A stretch of 54,562 nt of DNA. Source: a virus. Its lineage: Duplodnaviria > Caudoviricetes. The notes below the pieces were generated by a model, which had not been told where the DNA came from, ran no database searches, and was given only the letters and a program-made list of their open reading frames with translations. The position numbers were made by a program, and so were the translations under genes. Positions 44,511 to 53,522 of the stretch are shown piece by piece. The DNA is taken from IMG/VR virus record IMGVR_UViG_3300042564_006016, positions 1 to 54,562 of that record, one strand, 5' to 3'. Every line of letters starts with the position of its first letter. The stretch's first letter is position 1.

Positions 44511-45400
44511 AAAAGTTTTAAATTTTCATCTGGCAAGTTTGTAAAAAGTTTTTCGCACACCCGATTATTTGATTTTGCCGATAAAATACTTCTATGTACA
44601 TATTGTTCCACTTCTATAAGTGGGCTTTTGTAGCTCGATAAATATATTTTGTAGCCTTCTTTGGTTAATTTATCAATCCAACTATACATTTGATCATAAT
44701 CTAGCCCTTTTTGGTATTTAGCTGTGTCAATATAAGGAGGGTCTAAATAGATTATAGTTTCATTTTTTGGGGTGGTAAATTCTACTTGTTGATAATCTAA
44801 GTTTGTTATTTCAAGTCGTTCAAGTTGTTCAAGTTGTTCAAGTTGTTCAAGTTGTTCAAGTTGTTGAAGTTGTTGAAGTCGTTCAAGTTGTTTAAGTTGT
44901 TCAAGTTGTTGAAGTTCAAACCTACCCTCTATTTTAGCTATTTGTTTAAACTTATTTATTAATTCTATTCTTTTATTTGGGTTTTCTAAATAACCATTTG
45001 CGAGTAAAAATTCATGGGCTTGTCTTTTTATTTCTTCAATATTTTTTCCGAAAAGGTAGTTTTTTTGGTTATTTCCAAAACTCCAGCAGGTTTGAGCAAG
45101 CCCCGACTTCCAATTTGTACCGTCTTTAAGCTCTAAAAATTCTTCTCTACTTATCCAATTGTAAAACTCATCTGTAACTCCGTCTTTTTGTATTTTTTTG
45201 AGTAGGTTACAAACCACAGTATTTAATTCATTATAATAGACTTGTTTAATTTGCTTTCTTTGCATAAATTCAAAGCTAATAGCACCACCTCCACCAAAAA
45301 CATCGTAAATATATTTTGTTTGTGGGTTGTGAGTTAAAATATAATCAACAATTTTATTTGCTAATTTTCTTTTACTTCCCATGTAGGGGATACCAATCAT
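44507..45400 (-). CDS. DNA adenine methyltransferase (Dam/D12 class)
   Basis: PYMGSK, DVFGGGGAIS, YLDPPY. Confidence 0.9.
   Translation of the reverse strand: MIGIPYMGSKRKLANKIVDYILTHNPQTKYIYDVFGGGGAISFEFMQRKQIKQVYYNELNTVVCNLLKKIQKDGVTDEFYNWISREEFLELKDGTNWKSGLAQTCWSFGNNQKNYLFGKNIEEIKRQAHEFLLANGYLENPNKRIELINKFKQIAKIEGRFELQQLEQLKQLERLQQLQQLEQLEQLEQLEQLERLEITNLDYQQVEFTTPKNETIIYLDPPYIDTAKYQKGLDYDQMYSWIDKLTKEGYKIYLSSYKSPLIEVEQYVHRSILSAKSNNRVCEKLFTNLPDENLKLL
44810..44918. repeat. 9-bp tandem repeat encoding LEQ/LQQ/LER in the MTase
   Basis: TTCAAGTTG-like units. Confidence 0.9.
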
Positions 45401-45639
45401 ACACTCCCAACCTCTAAATTACTATAACCTTCCCTAGACTGTTTAAGCTTTTCTAATTTTAGATTGTTTAAAGTCATTTGTAGCCCTTCTTGTTGTACTT
45501 TTAACCTAGCTGTCAAAATATCTATTTTAGCTATAGTTTCGTTGCATTCTTTCATTTGCTTTTCCACTTGAACAGTTAAAAGGTCAATTGCCTCTGGTTC
45601 AATTTTTGGTTGGTATGGTGGGGTGTAGGATTCGGTCAT
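45397..45639 (-). CDS. Hypothetical coiled-coil protein
   Basis: ORF in operon. Confidence 0.65.
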   Translation of the reverse strand: MTESYTPPYQPKIEPEAIDLLTVQVEKQMKECNETIAKIDILTARLKVQQEGLQMTLNNLKLEKLKQSREGYSNLEVGSV

Positions 45640-45648
45640 AGAATATTT

Positions 45649-46032
45649 TTAATTTTCATTTTTTGATTTAAAATCTGTAGGTTTAAAAAATACCACCCCT
45701 GTACAATATACTTCGTCATCTCTAAATATATCAAAAGTAGCGTTTATAAGATCTTCTGGGAGTTTATAAACCCAAGTTTGTTCAGGTTTATTTTCTGGTG
45801 CAAAAATTGCTTCAATAAAAGGATTTTCGGCTATTTCTCCGCCGTCAAAACAACCAATTTCGTCATCTACAGCTCCTCTAAATTCTGCGAGGTCATCAGA
45901 GGCTCCAAACAGTATAACAATGTTGTTTAAGGCACAGTACTCTTCAATTTCTTTGGTTGTTTCATCTCTGTACTGTCTGCCATGTAATTTTTGTGCTACA
46001 TCGTTTAACATTTTTTGGCTGGGTTGGATCAT
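45649..46032 (-). CDS. Conserved phage hypothetical protein (GASDDLAEFRGA motif)
   Basis: Recognised motif, function unknown. Confidence 0.75.
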   Translation of the reverse strand: MIQPSQKMLNDVAQKLHGRQYRDETTKEIEEYCALNNIVILFGASDDLAEFRGAVDDEIGCFDGGEIAENPFIEAIFAPENKPEQTWVYKLPEDLINATFDIFRDDEVYCTGVVFFKPTDFKSKNEN

Positions 46033-46331
46033 AAAATTTCTTTAACAAGTTCTAGTAATTTCTTTTTTAGCTTTTTAGCTTTTACAGTCAATTTCTCATC
46101 AGATTCCTCCGCATAGTTTTTGTAAGTAGCGTCAAAGGTAAAACAAAAAGCTTCTCTTGCGGATTCAAAACTGTCGCCGTGAGCTGTCATGTCTAGCTCT
46201 TTACAGCTAAAAAGATTGTCACCATCTTTTCCGACGATTACAAAGATTTCCAAGGGGTGGTTTAGTTTATAGGTTCTGTCATCATACTTGATTTCTGTAG
46301 GGTGGGCTATGTTAATTGTAGGCTTGATCAT
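46029..46331 (-). CDS. HicB-like fold protein
   Basis: C.ELDMTAHGDSFESAREAF pattern. Confidence 0.5.
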   Translation of the reverse strand: MIKPTINIAHPTEIKYDDRTYKLNHPLEIFVIVGKDGDNLFSCKELDMTAHGDSFESAREAFCFTFDATYKNYAEESDEKLTVKAKKLKKKLLELVKEIL

Positions 46332-46555
46332 AAAATATTGTCTTTACGCTTAATATAAAACAATTCTTTAATCAACCAATTATACAAAAATTTTGGCATG
46401 TATTTTGGCTTTGGTTTTATTACAACTTTCATTTCAATTTGAATTTTTGTCGAGATGTTATTTGCCATTTCTGCTATTTTTTTAACTGATTCATCTACAA
46501 TTAGAAAAGATTCAGGTTTGAAAACGCTGGTTGTGTTGATTGTAGATTTGATCAT
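46328..46555 (-). CDS. Hypothetical protein
   Basis: ATGA overlap. Confidence 0.65.
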   Translation of the reverse strand: MIKSTINTTSVFKPESFLIVDESVKKIAEMANNISTKIQIEMKVVIKPKPKYMPKFLYNWLIKELFYIKRKDNIL

Positions 46556-46564
46556 AAAATGTTT

Positions 46565-46780
46565 TTAATTGTTTTTATTAAAAATATTAATTTGGTTTTC
46601 AAAATAATCTGGAGTTGCATAAGGTGAATATCTTGTAATAACAGAAAGGAAATTATCGACAGCACAAAATTCAAATTCATTATTGTATATTTTTTTAAGA
46701 CACTTTTTGCTTATTTTCGTATTTCTTTTTTTGAGCCAATTAATAAAAGGTTCGTATTGTAACACATAAATTTCGGTCAT
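46565..46780 (-). CDS. Hypothetical protein
   Basis: ATGA overlap. Confidence 0.6.
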   Translation of the reverse strand: MTEIYVLQYEPFINWLKKRNTKISKKCLKKIYNNEFEFCAVDNFLSVITRYSPYATPDYFENQINIFNKNN

Positions 46781-47400
46781 AAAACATTTTTAATATTACC
46801 TGGTAAAATGTCTTCAGGTTGCCATTCAGCTTTTAGCTTTTTTAAATCTGAAATTGATTGATAGCTTCCTTTGTCCGCATAATCACTTGGCTTGCCAATA
46901 ACTGTATCAAAATAAATTTGACCAACTAAGTCGCCATGTCGTAACTCTACAGGCACGGCAAAAGTCAACTCCAAACACCAGCGATTGAAAAAACCAACTT
47001 CACCAAGACCAGCTAAAGGGTGCTGTATTCCCCTTCTAGCACTTGTAGATTTGAGTTTAAAAGATGGTTGTAGGTTAGAGCCTCCAACAGTGCCTATAAA
47101 CTCGTTTGTGTATGCTAAAATAAACATTCCAGGAATTGCCCAAAATGGTTTATTATGATTTAATTCAATCATAAAATATTCTAAACCTTTAAATTCAATT
47201 CTTTTAGCAACAAAAATTAACCAAAGATATTGTTTAAAAAATTTAAAGCTAAATTTTACTGATTCTTCTCTAATAAAAATATACCTACCAAGGTTAACAT
47301 CAATTGATTGATCTTTGATTTGCTCTGGTTTGACACCGTCAGCAATTATATTGCCGTTTTCAATGTTTTTTAGGATTTCTGAGTATGAGAGGTGAGACAT
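46777..47400 (-). CDS. dcd: dCTP deaminase / dUTPase-family protein
   Basis: SIDVNLG, PGMFILAYTNE, KSTSARRG, GF..RW.LEL, GQIYF, Y..KGSYQ. Confidence 0.85.
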   Translation of the reverse strand: MSHLSYSEILKNIENGNIIADGVKPEQIKDQSIDVNLGRYIFIREESVKFSFKFFKQYLWLIFVAKRIEFKGLEYFMIELNHNKPFWAIPGMFILAYTNEFIGTVGGSNLQPSFKLKSTSARRGIQHPLAGLGEVGFFNRWCLELTFAVPVELRHGDLVGQIYFDTVIGKPSDYADKGSYQSISDLKKLKAEWQPEDILPGNIKNVL

Positions 47401-47402
47401 AA

Positions 47403-47660
47403 TTATAGTATTTTTAAATATTTTAAACCTTTAATTAAGGTTTTTTTATGAGCCAAATCTTGCCAATTATTTTCATTAAATTGGTCTATTGCAGATTGTA
47501 AAATATCATGTTCTTCTTTCGAGATTTTAACATAAAAGCGTTTTGCAATTTCAACATGATCGCCATTGTAAAGACTTATATTGTCACTTCCGTTAGCTAA
47601 AATATAATCATGAAGCTTTAAGATTTCTTGATCAATAATAGATCTTTTTTTAAAAAACAT
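47403..47660 (-). CDS. Hypothetical protein
   Basis: ORF in operon. Confidence 0.65.
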   Translation of the reverse strand: MFFKKRSIIDQEILKLHDYILANGSDNISLYNGDHVEIAKRFYVKISKEEHDILQSAIDQFNENNWQDLAHKKTLIKGLKYLKIL

Positions 47661-47696
47661 ATATTAATTAATTTTGGGGTTGGAAGTGTGGACATA

Positions 47697-48980
47697 TTAA
47701 TTTTTAAGCAAATATTTATTTGAAATTACTTTAAAACTTACCCGACCAAAACTTGGGTCTGTAATTTCTTTTAGGGGTCTAAAAACTAAACCTTCAAGCT
47801 CTGTTTCGTCTGCTAAATCTAGCAACTCTTGCATAGTTTTATTTTCTAATTCATGACAAAATCCAGTAATATGATCGTCAAAAGTATCTACACAGTGGGT
47901 TTTAAGTTTTTTAACAAATTCATACATATCGTCAAAATCCAAATACTTTCCTTCATTTATATCATAAACATTAAACACCCTAAAATCAGTACCTTTTATT
48001 TTGTGTGGGTTTTTTTGGATTCCCTCGCCGTAAACCTCACCTTGAACAGCAAAACCTTCAGGAAGCTTGTTTTTTAAATCAAATTTGTTTGCAATTTGCC
48101 AAAATGTATTTGACTCAGTTTCTTTTAACTCTAAATTACGACTACAAGCTCCAAACTCACCATCTTTTTTGTAAAAAGTAGCAGAACTTCCATCGTATTT
48201 TATGCTTGCATACCACCCCAGATCTTTGTATTTTTGCACCATATCCCAACAGTTTTGTATTCTAGTTTCATCTGTTTTGGGTATAAAACTTGGGAAGTTG
48301 CCTTTTGCAATTCCTGCAAGCTCTGGGCTGATAGGTGGCTCGTATTTGTAGATGTTTAAAATTTCGGATAAATCCTCGTTGTTATCTTGAAAAAAGTTTG
48401 TGGCGTGGATATGCTTATCGTTTTTATCAGAAAATAAAACTATTTCAGAGTCATCAAAATCGTCCGCTTTTCTATATGATTGTAAAACTTTATTATTTGC
48501 TAAAATATCTACTACAAAGCCTAAAGCTATAAACTCTTTTTGCTTTCTTTGCTCTTCAGATTGGAACTTTAAAGTTACTCTATCTGGGGTAACTGTAATT
48601 CTAGGTTTTGCTAGGCTTTCTTTGATTATTATTTCGTATTTGTGGTTACTTAAAAATACTCTAGCAATAGGCAAAGCCAAACCTTGGCTAAGTTGCCCTC
48701 TAAGTTTAACAGTTTTTAACCTATAACCTTCTACAACTTCCCCGCCGTCTAAAGTCATTTTTTTAGGGGTATTTCCTTTAGCTAGAAACTCAAAGGTTGG
48801 AGTCAAGGGTAAAAGACTGTCAATTTCGAAATAAACGGCTTTGTCTCCAATCTGAAATTCATCTTTTTTGACTACACATTTCCAGCCTATATTTTCGAAG
48901 GTTGCAAGCTCGATCGAGTCTGCTCCTGGAATTGGTAAAAGTTCTTTGATTGTTTGGATTGTTGCTAGTTTGCGGGACAT
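47697..48980 (-). CDS. ATP-dependent RNA ligase, DRB0094-like family
   Basis: MSRKLATIQ..IPGAD.IE, YFEIDS, KLRGQLSQGL, FPSFIPKTDETRIQN, KYDGSS, GEVYG, EGLV, FKVISNKYL; ATG 48980 preferred. Confidence 0.9.
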   Translation of the reverse strand: MSRKLATIQTIKELLPIPGADSIELATFENIGWKCVVKKDEFQIGDKAVYFEIDSLLPLTPTFEFLAKGNTPKKMTLDGGEVVEGYRLKTVKLRGQLSQGLALPIARVFLSNHKYEIIIKESLAKPRITVTPDRVTLKFQSEEQRKQKEFIALGFVVDILANNKVLQSYRKADDFDDSEIVLFSDKNDKHIHATNFFQDNNEDLSEILNIYKYEPPISPELAGIAKGNFPSFIPKTDETRIQNCWDMVQKYKDLGWYASIKYDGSSATFYKKDGEFGACSRNLELKETESNTFWQIANKFDLKNKLPEGFAVQGEVYGEGIQKNPHKIKGTDFRVFNVYDINEGKYLDFDDMYEFVKKLKTHCVDTFDDHITGFCHELENKTMQELLDLADETELEGLVFRPLKEITDPSFGRVSFKVISNKYLLKN

Positions 48981-48981
48981 A

Positions 48982-49350
48982 TTATTTAGTTCGAAATTGA
49001 GGTATAACTGGACAATTTGGGTCAGCATGATCGTAATAAACTATTTTACGATTAGGGGTTTTACCAAAATCTTTATATAATATTCCACCTCTGCATTTAC
49101 AGTTAGCAGGGGTTTTTGATAATATAAACTTAAATTGGTTTTCATTTAAATAATAAATTTTTCTTTTTTGAGTTCCACCATTAGTTTTAAAATAATCTGT
49201 TTGCTCTGCGACCCTTCCAAAAAGTTCTAACTTAACGGAATATTTTTCAATTATTTGTAAAGTTGATTTGTGTTCAACCCCAAGCTGACTAGCTATTTCC
49301 AAACTAGAAATTACTAAGTCGTTGTTTTTGTTAAAAATTTTTAGAGACAT
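48982..49350 (-). CDS. Rha-family phage regulatory protein
   Basis: ISSLEIA..LG.EHK.....IEKY, GGTQ...YYLNENQ. Confidence 0.8.
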   Translation of the reverse strand: MSLKIFNKNNDLVISSLEIASQLGVEHKSTLQIIEKYSVKLELFGRVAEQTDYFKTNGGTQKRKIYYLNENQFKFILSKTPANCKCRGGILYKDFGKTPNRKIVYYDHADPNCPVIPQFRTK

Positions 49351-49449
49351 AAAAATAACCCCCGAGAGAGCGAGGGCTATTAGTATATATACTAATATTT
49401 ATATGTCTAAAAACACAAATGCTTTTACCTCCTTCTCTCTATAAGGTAA
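49351..49449 (-). promoter_or_regulatory. Kissing-loop/terminator leader of the rha-like gene
   Basis: Hairpin loops AGAGAG and CTCTCT are complementary; the second hairpin has a U tract; 18-bp palindrome 49379-49396. Confidence 0.55.
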
Positions 49450-49461
49450 TAGTATTAAAAA

Positions 49462-49770
49462 CTAATTTTTGCTTTTTGGCAAACTGCCAATTGTATCACC
49501 TTCATTTAAGTCATTGCGAGTAATTAAAGTAAGCTTTTCGACAGTTTCTTCCAAGTCTTTGAGTAAATAATCTAATCTATCGACATTATTGTTTAACCAA
49601 TAAACTACTCCAACAGCACTAGCTTTTGTTAATTCGGCTTCTCCGTCTTGCATTGGCTCTTCAGCTGGTTCGTAGAGGCTTGTTTTAATTCTATGTAAGC
49701 TCTCTAATAGAGTCCCAAACTTAGAAAGTTTATTTGAAAATTTGTTGTTAATTTCGTGTAAATTTTGCAT
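49462..49770 (-). CDS. Hypothetical protein
   Basis: ORF. Confidence 0.7.
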   Translation of the reverse strand: MQNLHEINNKFSNKLSKFGTLLESLHRIKTSLYEPAEEPMQDGEAELTKASAVGVVYWLNNNVDRLDYLLKDLEETVEKLTLITRNDLNEGDTIGSLPKSKN

Positions 49771-49786
49771 AGAGTTTTATATTAGT

Positions 49787-49993
49787 TTAATTTTTGCTTT
49801 TTGTCGAATATAAACTTTTCTCATAATTATTAATCTCAATCATAAAATCAATCTTATTTTGCCTCTCTTTTGGGGTATTTCTAGGCATTTCTTTGAGTTT
49901 TTTGATCATATCTGCCAACTTATTTTGGCTAGGTATTTCAATGGGTTTTTGTGGGTTTAATGAGCCAAAAAGCTCTTCAAAAGGGTTGGACAT
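49787..49993 (-). CDS. Hypothetical protein
   Basis: ORF. Confidence 0.65.
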   Translation of the reverse strand: MSNPFEELFGSLNPQKPIEIPSQNKLADMIKKLKEMPRNTPKERQNKIDFMIEINNYEKSLYSTKSKN

Positions 49994-50100
49994 ATTACAG
50001 ATTCTTTTCTTTTATCAATTCTTTAATCTTTAAAGCTACCCAAGTTGAAAACTTTAAGTTAATTGACTTTAAATATTTTACTACTTTTAGGACATCATTT

Positions 50101-50448
50101 TTAGCTAGGTAAAGCTGTTTGCGGATGTGTGGTTGTGGGTGTTTTAGAGACATTAAAAATTAAAAATAAGGAAATAGCAAGAGTAGTAATTCGCAATAAA
50201 TTAACATTTTCAGGATATAAGCTGGTTAAAATAAATTCGTTTTTTGCTGGGTTGTAACCTTCTTGAACCCAAAAGTAATTTTGTATAGTTGTTATTGGGC
50301 AACCATTATAAATACTCTGGATTAATAAAAAACTGGCAATATAATAACTTTCTAATTTTGCTTTGTTACCTTTAAAAATTATTGATATTAAAGCAAAAAA
50401 ACTGATAAAATAAATTGAATAATGTAAAATATTAAGGATTAAAGACAT
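50101..50448 (-). CDS. Membrane protein, DUF2784-like (GCPIT motif)
   Basis: Three hydrophobic segments, H in TM1, GCPITTIQN. Confidence 0.55.
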   Translation of the reverse strand: MSLILNILHYSIYFISFFALISIIFKGNKAKLESYYIASFLLIQSIYNGCPITTIQNYFWVQEGYNPAKNEFILTSLYPENVNLLRITTLAISLFLIFNVSKTPTTTHPQTALPS

Positions 50449-51062
50449 TATTTTACTTGGTAAGTTAAAACTGGAGCAGAACTTAAAGTCATTGGTTGCT
50501 CTGAGTAAAGATATTTACCAGACCACTCGACCATGTTTCCGTCAGTAGTAAAAAAGAAAACCCCTTCTGGATTTTTACCGTAAGACCCATCAAAATCTGG
50601 GCTATCTACAACTTGACTTTGACAAGCTGTGTTACTCCCTTTTTTATTTTGACACCAGTTATCAGCTACTAACTGTTGAGGGGTTGTCAATAAGCTGTTA
50701 AGAGAGCTTACTTTACCTTTAATTGTGTAGCTAGTAATTATTGAACCAGTATCACTAAGCAAGAACACATAGCCTATTTTATCAGCTTTGTTATTTCTGT
50801 TTAATCTTTCTTTTAGGTTTCGTCTTTCGATTGAATCCTGCAAGACTGGAGGCGGAACTGACTGAGTAAGTCTTTTTTGGTTTTCCTCTGTCGCTGTAGC
50901 CTCTTGAGTTTGAGTGCTTTGGTTGCTTGGCTGATCATTGATACCAGCTACAACTTGAATTGGCTGTAAGAGTGTTTTGATTTGGCTTGGCAAGGGTGAA
51001 GTAATAGCTAAAGCAATTAGTAAAATAAATGCAATAAGTTTGGTTGAGTTGTTTTTGAACAT
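50448..51062 (-). CDS. Conserved exported phage protein
   Basis: Signal/TM; SIERRNL, KGKVSSLNS.LT, DGSYG.N..G.FFFT.DG..VEW. Confidence 0.7.
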   Translation of the reverse strand: MFKNNSTKLIAFILLIALAITSPLPSQIKTLLQPIQVVAGINDQPSNQSTQTQEATATEENQKRLTQSVPPPVLQDSIERRNLKERLNRNNKADKIGYVFLLSDTGSIITSYTIKGKVSSLNSLLTTPQQLVADNWCQNKKGSNTACQSQVVDSPDFDGSYGKNPEGVFFFTTDGNMVEWSGKYLYSEQPMTLSSAPVLTYQVK

Positions 51063-51072
51063 AAAAAAATAA

Positions 51073-51543
51073 TTATTTTAGATTTATAAATAAGGGTAAG
51101 TTATCTCTACAAGGTGCGGTGTCTTCTCTTTTGAGAAAGGCTTCATATTTGCCTTGTAAAGTTGATAAATATTGCTGTTGACCAAGTAATTGGCTGTTTA
51201 GTTGGTTATAACCTTGAGAGGTTGGGAAATCCCATTTAGTACGATCTTCTGGCAAGCCTTTTTTAAAGCTTTCTAAAGCTATTTGACTGTTAGGAATTTG
51301 GGTATCTCTAACTTGTAAAATATCAGTTTTAAGCTCTTGAAATTCTTTATTAATTGCTAAACATCTGTCAGGATTATTTACACGATCAATAATTCCAACA
51401 TTTCTATCAATATTTCTATTGAATTGATAAAAAGGAAGGTTGACTAACTTAAAAGCTGACAAAATAATACTTAAAATAAATATTGCTACGGTTGCTAATA
51501 GAAACCAACTAATAAAAGTGATTATAGGTTTTGCTTGAGACAT
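51073..51543 (-). CDS. TM plus helical protein
   Basis: N-terminal TM; first gene after a leaderless promoter. Confidence 0.7.
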   Translation of the reverse strand: MSQAKPIITFISWFLLATVAIFILSIILSAFKLVNLPFYQFNRNIDRNVGIIDRVNNPDRCLAINKEFQELKTDILQVRDTQIPNSQIALESFKKGLPEDRTKWDFPTSQGYNQLNSQLLGQQQYLSTLQGKYEAFLKREDTAPCRDNLPLFINLK

Positions 51544-51549
51544 AAAACC

Positions 51550-51578
51550 ATTAAAGCACTTTAAACAAAGTGTGTCAA
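51550..51578 (-). promoter_or_regulatory. Leaderless promoter with palindromic spacer
   Basis: TTGACA-CACTTTGTTTAAAGTGC-TTTAAT-6 nt-ATG. Confidence 0.7.
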
Positions 51579-51791
51579 CTATTTCTTTAAACTTTTAAAC
51601 TTAGGCAACTTTTTAGGCTTTGATTTCCAATTAATTTTCCAATCAAAAATCTTGTCTTTTAAGCTAAAACTTAGCTTCCCTTTTTTGACAATTTGCTGGT
51701 CTAATTTTTTGCCGTATTCTAAAATTTCTTGTTTGTGTTCCTCCACAAATTTATCAAACCAGATTGTGCCTTTGTTGGGGTGTACTGTCAT
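51579..51791 (-). CDS. Hypothetical basic protein
   Basis: ORF in operon. Confidence 0.6.
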   Translation of the reverse strand: MTVHPNKGTIWFDKFVEEHKQEILEYGKKLDQQIVKKGKLSFSLKDKIFDWKINWKSKPKKLPKFKSLKK

Positions 51792-51792
51792 A

Positions 51793-52053
51793 TTATTTAA
51801 AAAGTAAATCTGTATGAATTAGCTTATTGTAATAATGTTTTTCCAAACTATTATTTATAACTTTAGAAATCAAAATAGGGTTGACTTTTTGTTCTGCAAG
51901 TTTTTCAATTTCTCTTAAAGAATTTACTAAAAAATCAACTTGAGTTTTTTCAAACTTTAACTCTCCTAAAGAGGTATAGTAAAGTTCTTTGTAATGGGTG
52001 TAAAGCTCTGTTTTTGATTTTAACTCAGTTTTGAGTTTTTTAAAATTAGTCAT
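51793..52053 (-). CDS. Hypothetical protein
   Basis: ORF in operon. Confidence 0.65.
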   Translation of the reverse strand: MTNFKKLKTELKSKTELYTHYKELYYTSLGELKFEKTQVDFLVNSLREIEKLAEQKVNPILISKVINNSLEKHYYNKLIHTDLLFK

Positions 52054-52059
52054 ATTTTT

Positions 52060-52260
52060 TTAACTTTTATTTTTCTTAAAATAATCTTGACTTGGTTTAA
52101 CATAGTGCATAAACAGCCTAAATACTTCTTGGTTAGTGTGATAAGTGTATAATTTCTTTAAATCTTCACCAGATAAAGATTTAAGCCATTTTTCAAATTC
52201 ATTTTTGTTTAATAAAAATTCAAAAATTGTGTTGCAGATTAAATTGTCAAACCATGTCAT
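52060..52260 (-). CDS. Hypothetical protein
   Basis: ATGA overlap. Confidence 0.6.
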   Translation of the reverse strand: MTWFDNLICNTIFEFLLNKNEFEKWLKSLSGEDLKKLYTYHTNQEVFRLFMHYVKPSQDYFKKNKS

Positions 52261-52790
52261 AAACTTTCAATTAAATACCCCGCATAAGCTATACAATAAG
52301 CGTCAACAAGCCCGTCGTTGACTGTAGTAAGGGTTTGGCCTTTTTTGCCTATGTTGTACCAATTAATTTTCGGTTCTTGCCTTGTAGCAAAGTCTAAAGC
52401 TCTTTGTTTGATTAATTGTTTTCGTTCCTTGCCTTTTATCTTTTTGTCTATTTTATCAAAGGCTAAAATCTTTTGCCATTCTTTAGGTAGAATTTCTGTT
52501 GGGTCAACACCTTTGTGGCTAAAAGCCAAATAAACTGATTGGTAATTTCTCCAAATAGTTTCTACACCTCCATTAACAGATAAAGCAAAGGGTTTTTCGA
52601 TGTAGGTTGGAGGAGTGACAATATATTTAATTACTCGGTCAATTATTTCGTCATATAAAGTATAATGATCAATCAAGCCATCTTCTCTTTTTGGAAATTT
52701 GCCAGATTTAAAATATTTACCATTTTCAAGCAAAACCCAAGCTCCTGTAACACCAGGGTCAATTCCGATTGTGTAGGTTGGGCTAGTCAT
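52257..52790 (-). CDS. RuvC-like Holliday junction resolvase
   Basis: IGIDPGVTGA, YIE, P.EWQK, DGLVDAYCIA. Confidence 0.85.
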   Translation of the reverse strand: MTSPTYTIGIDPGVTGAWVLLENGKYFKSGKFPKREDGLIDHYTLYDEIIDRVIKYIVTPPTYIEKPFALSVNGGVETIWRNYQSVYLAFSHKGVDPTEILPKEWQKILAFDKIDKKIKGKERKQLIKQRALDFATRQEPKINWYNIGKKGQTLTTVNDGLVDAYCIAYAGYLIESL

Positions 52791-53139
52791 AATTTATATT
52801 TTCAATTCGTTTTGAGTAAGTAAAATCTTGTTTTGAAATTTTAAAATATGCAGAATAACCTAAGTCAAAACAACCAACTTTTTTTAACAACTTTAAATTG
52901 TTTTCGATAATCTGAATTATTTCTGATCTAGTAAAAGCTTCTGCCCAGAATCTTTGAATTGTTTGGTCCGGCTCTCTAATTGATATATTGGCCACATAAT
53001 AATCTAATTTAACCTCCTCTAAAACATCAAACATTAGAGATTCTTTAGTTTTATAATACTCACTATCTGAAAAAGGTAATAAGATTAATTTATCAAAATC
53101 AATTCTTGGCAATTGTAATAATTCTGAAATTTTAGTCAT
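52783..53139 (-). CDS. Hypothetical protein
   Basis: ORF in operon. Confidence 0.65.
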   Translation of the reverse strand: MTKISELLQLPRIDFDKLILLPFSDSEYYKTKESLMFDVLEEVKLDYYVANISIREPDQTIQRFWAEAFTRSEIIQIIENNLKLLKKVGCFDLGYSAYFKISKQDFTYSKRIENINYD

Positions 53140-53278
53140 AATTTATATTATTAACAATTCTAAAAACCTCTTCTCTGGTTTTTTTATACTTTTCACAAAG
53201 CCTTTCAATCGAAATTCCAAGCAAATATTCTTCTTTAATTTTTGTCATCACTGGAATAGCTTTTGTTTTTTTAGGCAT
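53132..53278 (-). CDS. Small HTH-like protein (48 aa, MPKKTKAIP...)
   Basis: Read manually; IKEEYLLGISIERLCEKY..TREEVFRIV. Confidence 0.5.
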   Translation of the reverse strand: MPKKTKAIPVMTKIKEEYLLGISIERLCEKYKKTREEVFRIVNNINYD

Positions 53279-53522
53279 AAATTTAAAAATCGGAGTAAAA
53301 TTGTAATAAAACTCCGACCAAGGTTAAACCCCTCGAAAACACTAAAACACAGATTTGAGGTTTTGACAAATAAATTTTTTATGGTTTAGTTAGTTTTTTT
53401 TATAAAATTGCATTAAAATATAAATAATAAGATTAGAGGTTGTTCTATTTTCATTTTTTGCTTGATTAATAATTTGTCTCCAAACATCTAAAGGAATTTT
53501 AATTGATTTAATTTTAGACATG

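Noticed and set aside
48378-48666. Intein in the RNA ligase
   Set aside because: No Cys/Ser start with His-Asn end and no homing endonuclease motifs
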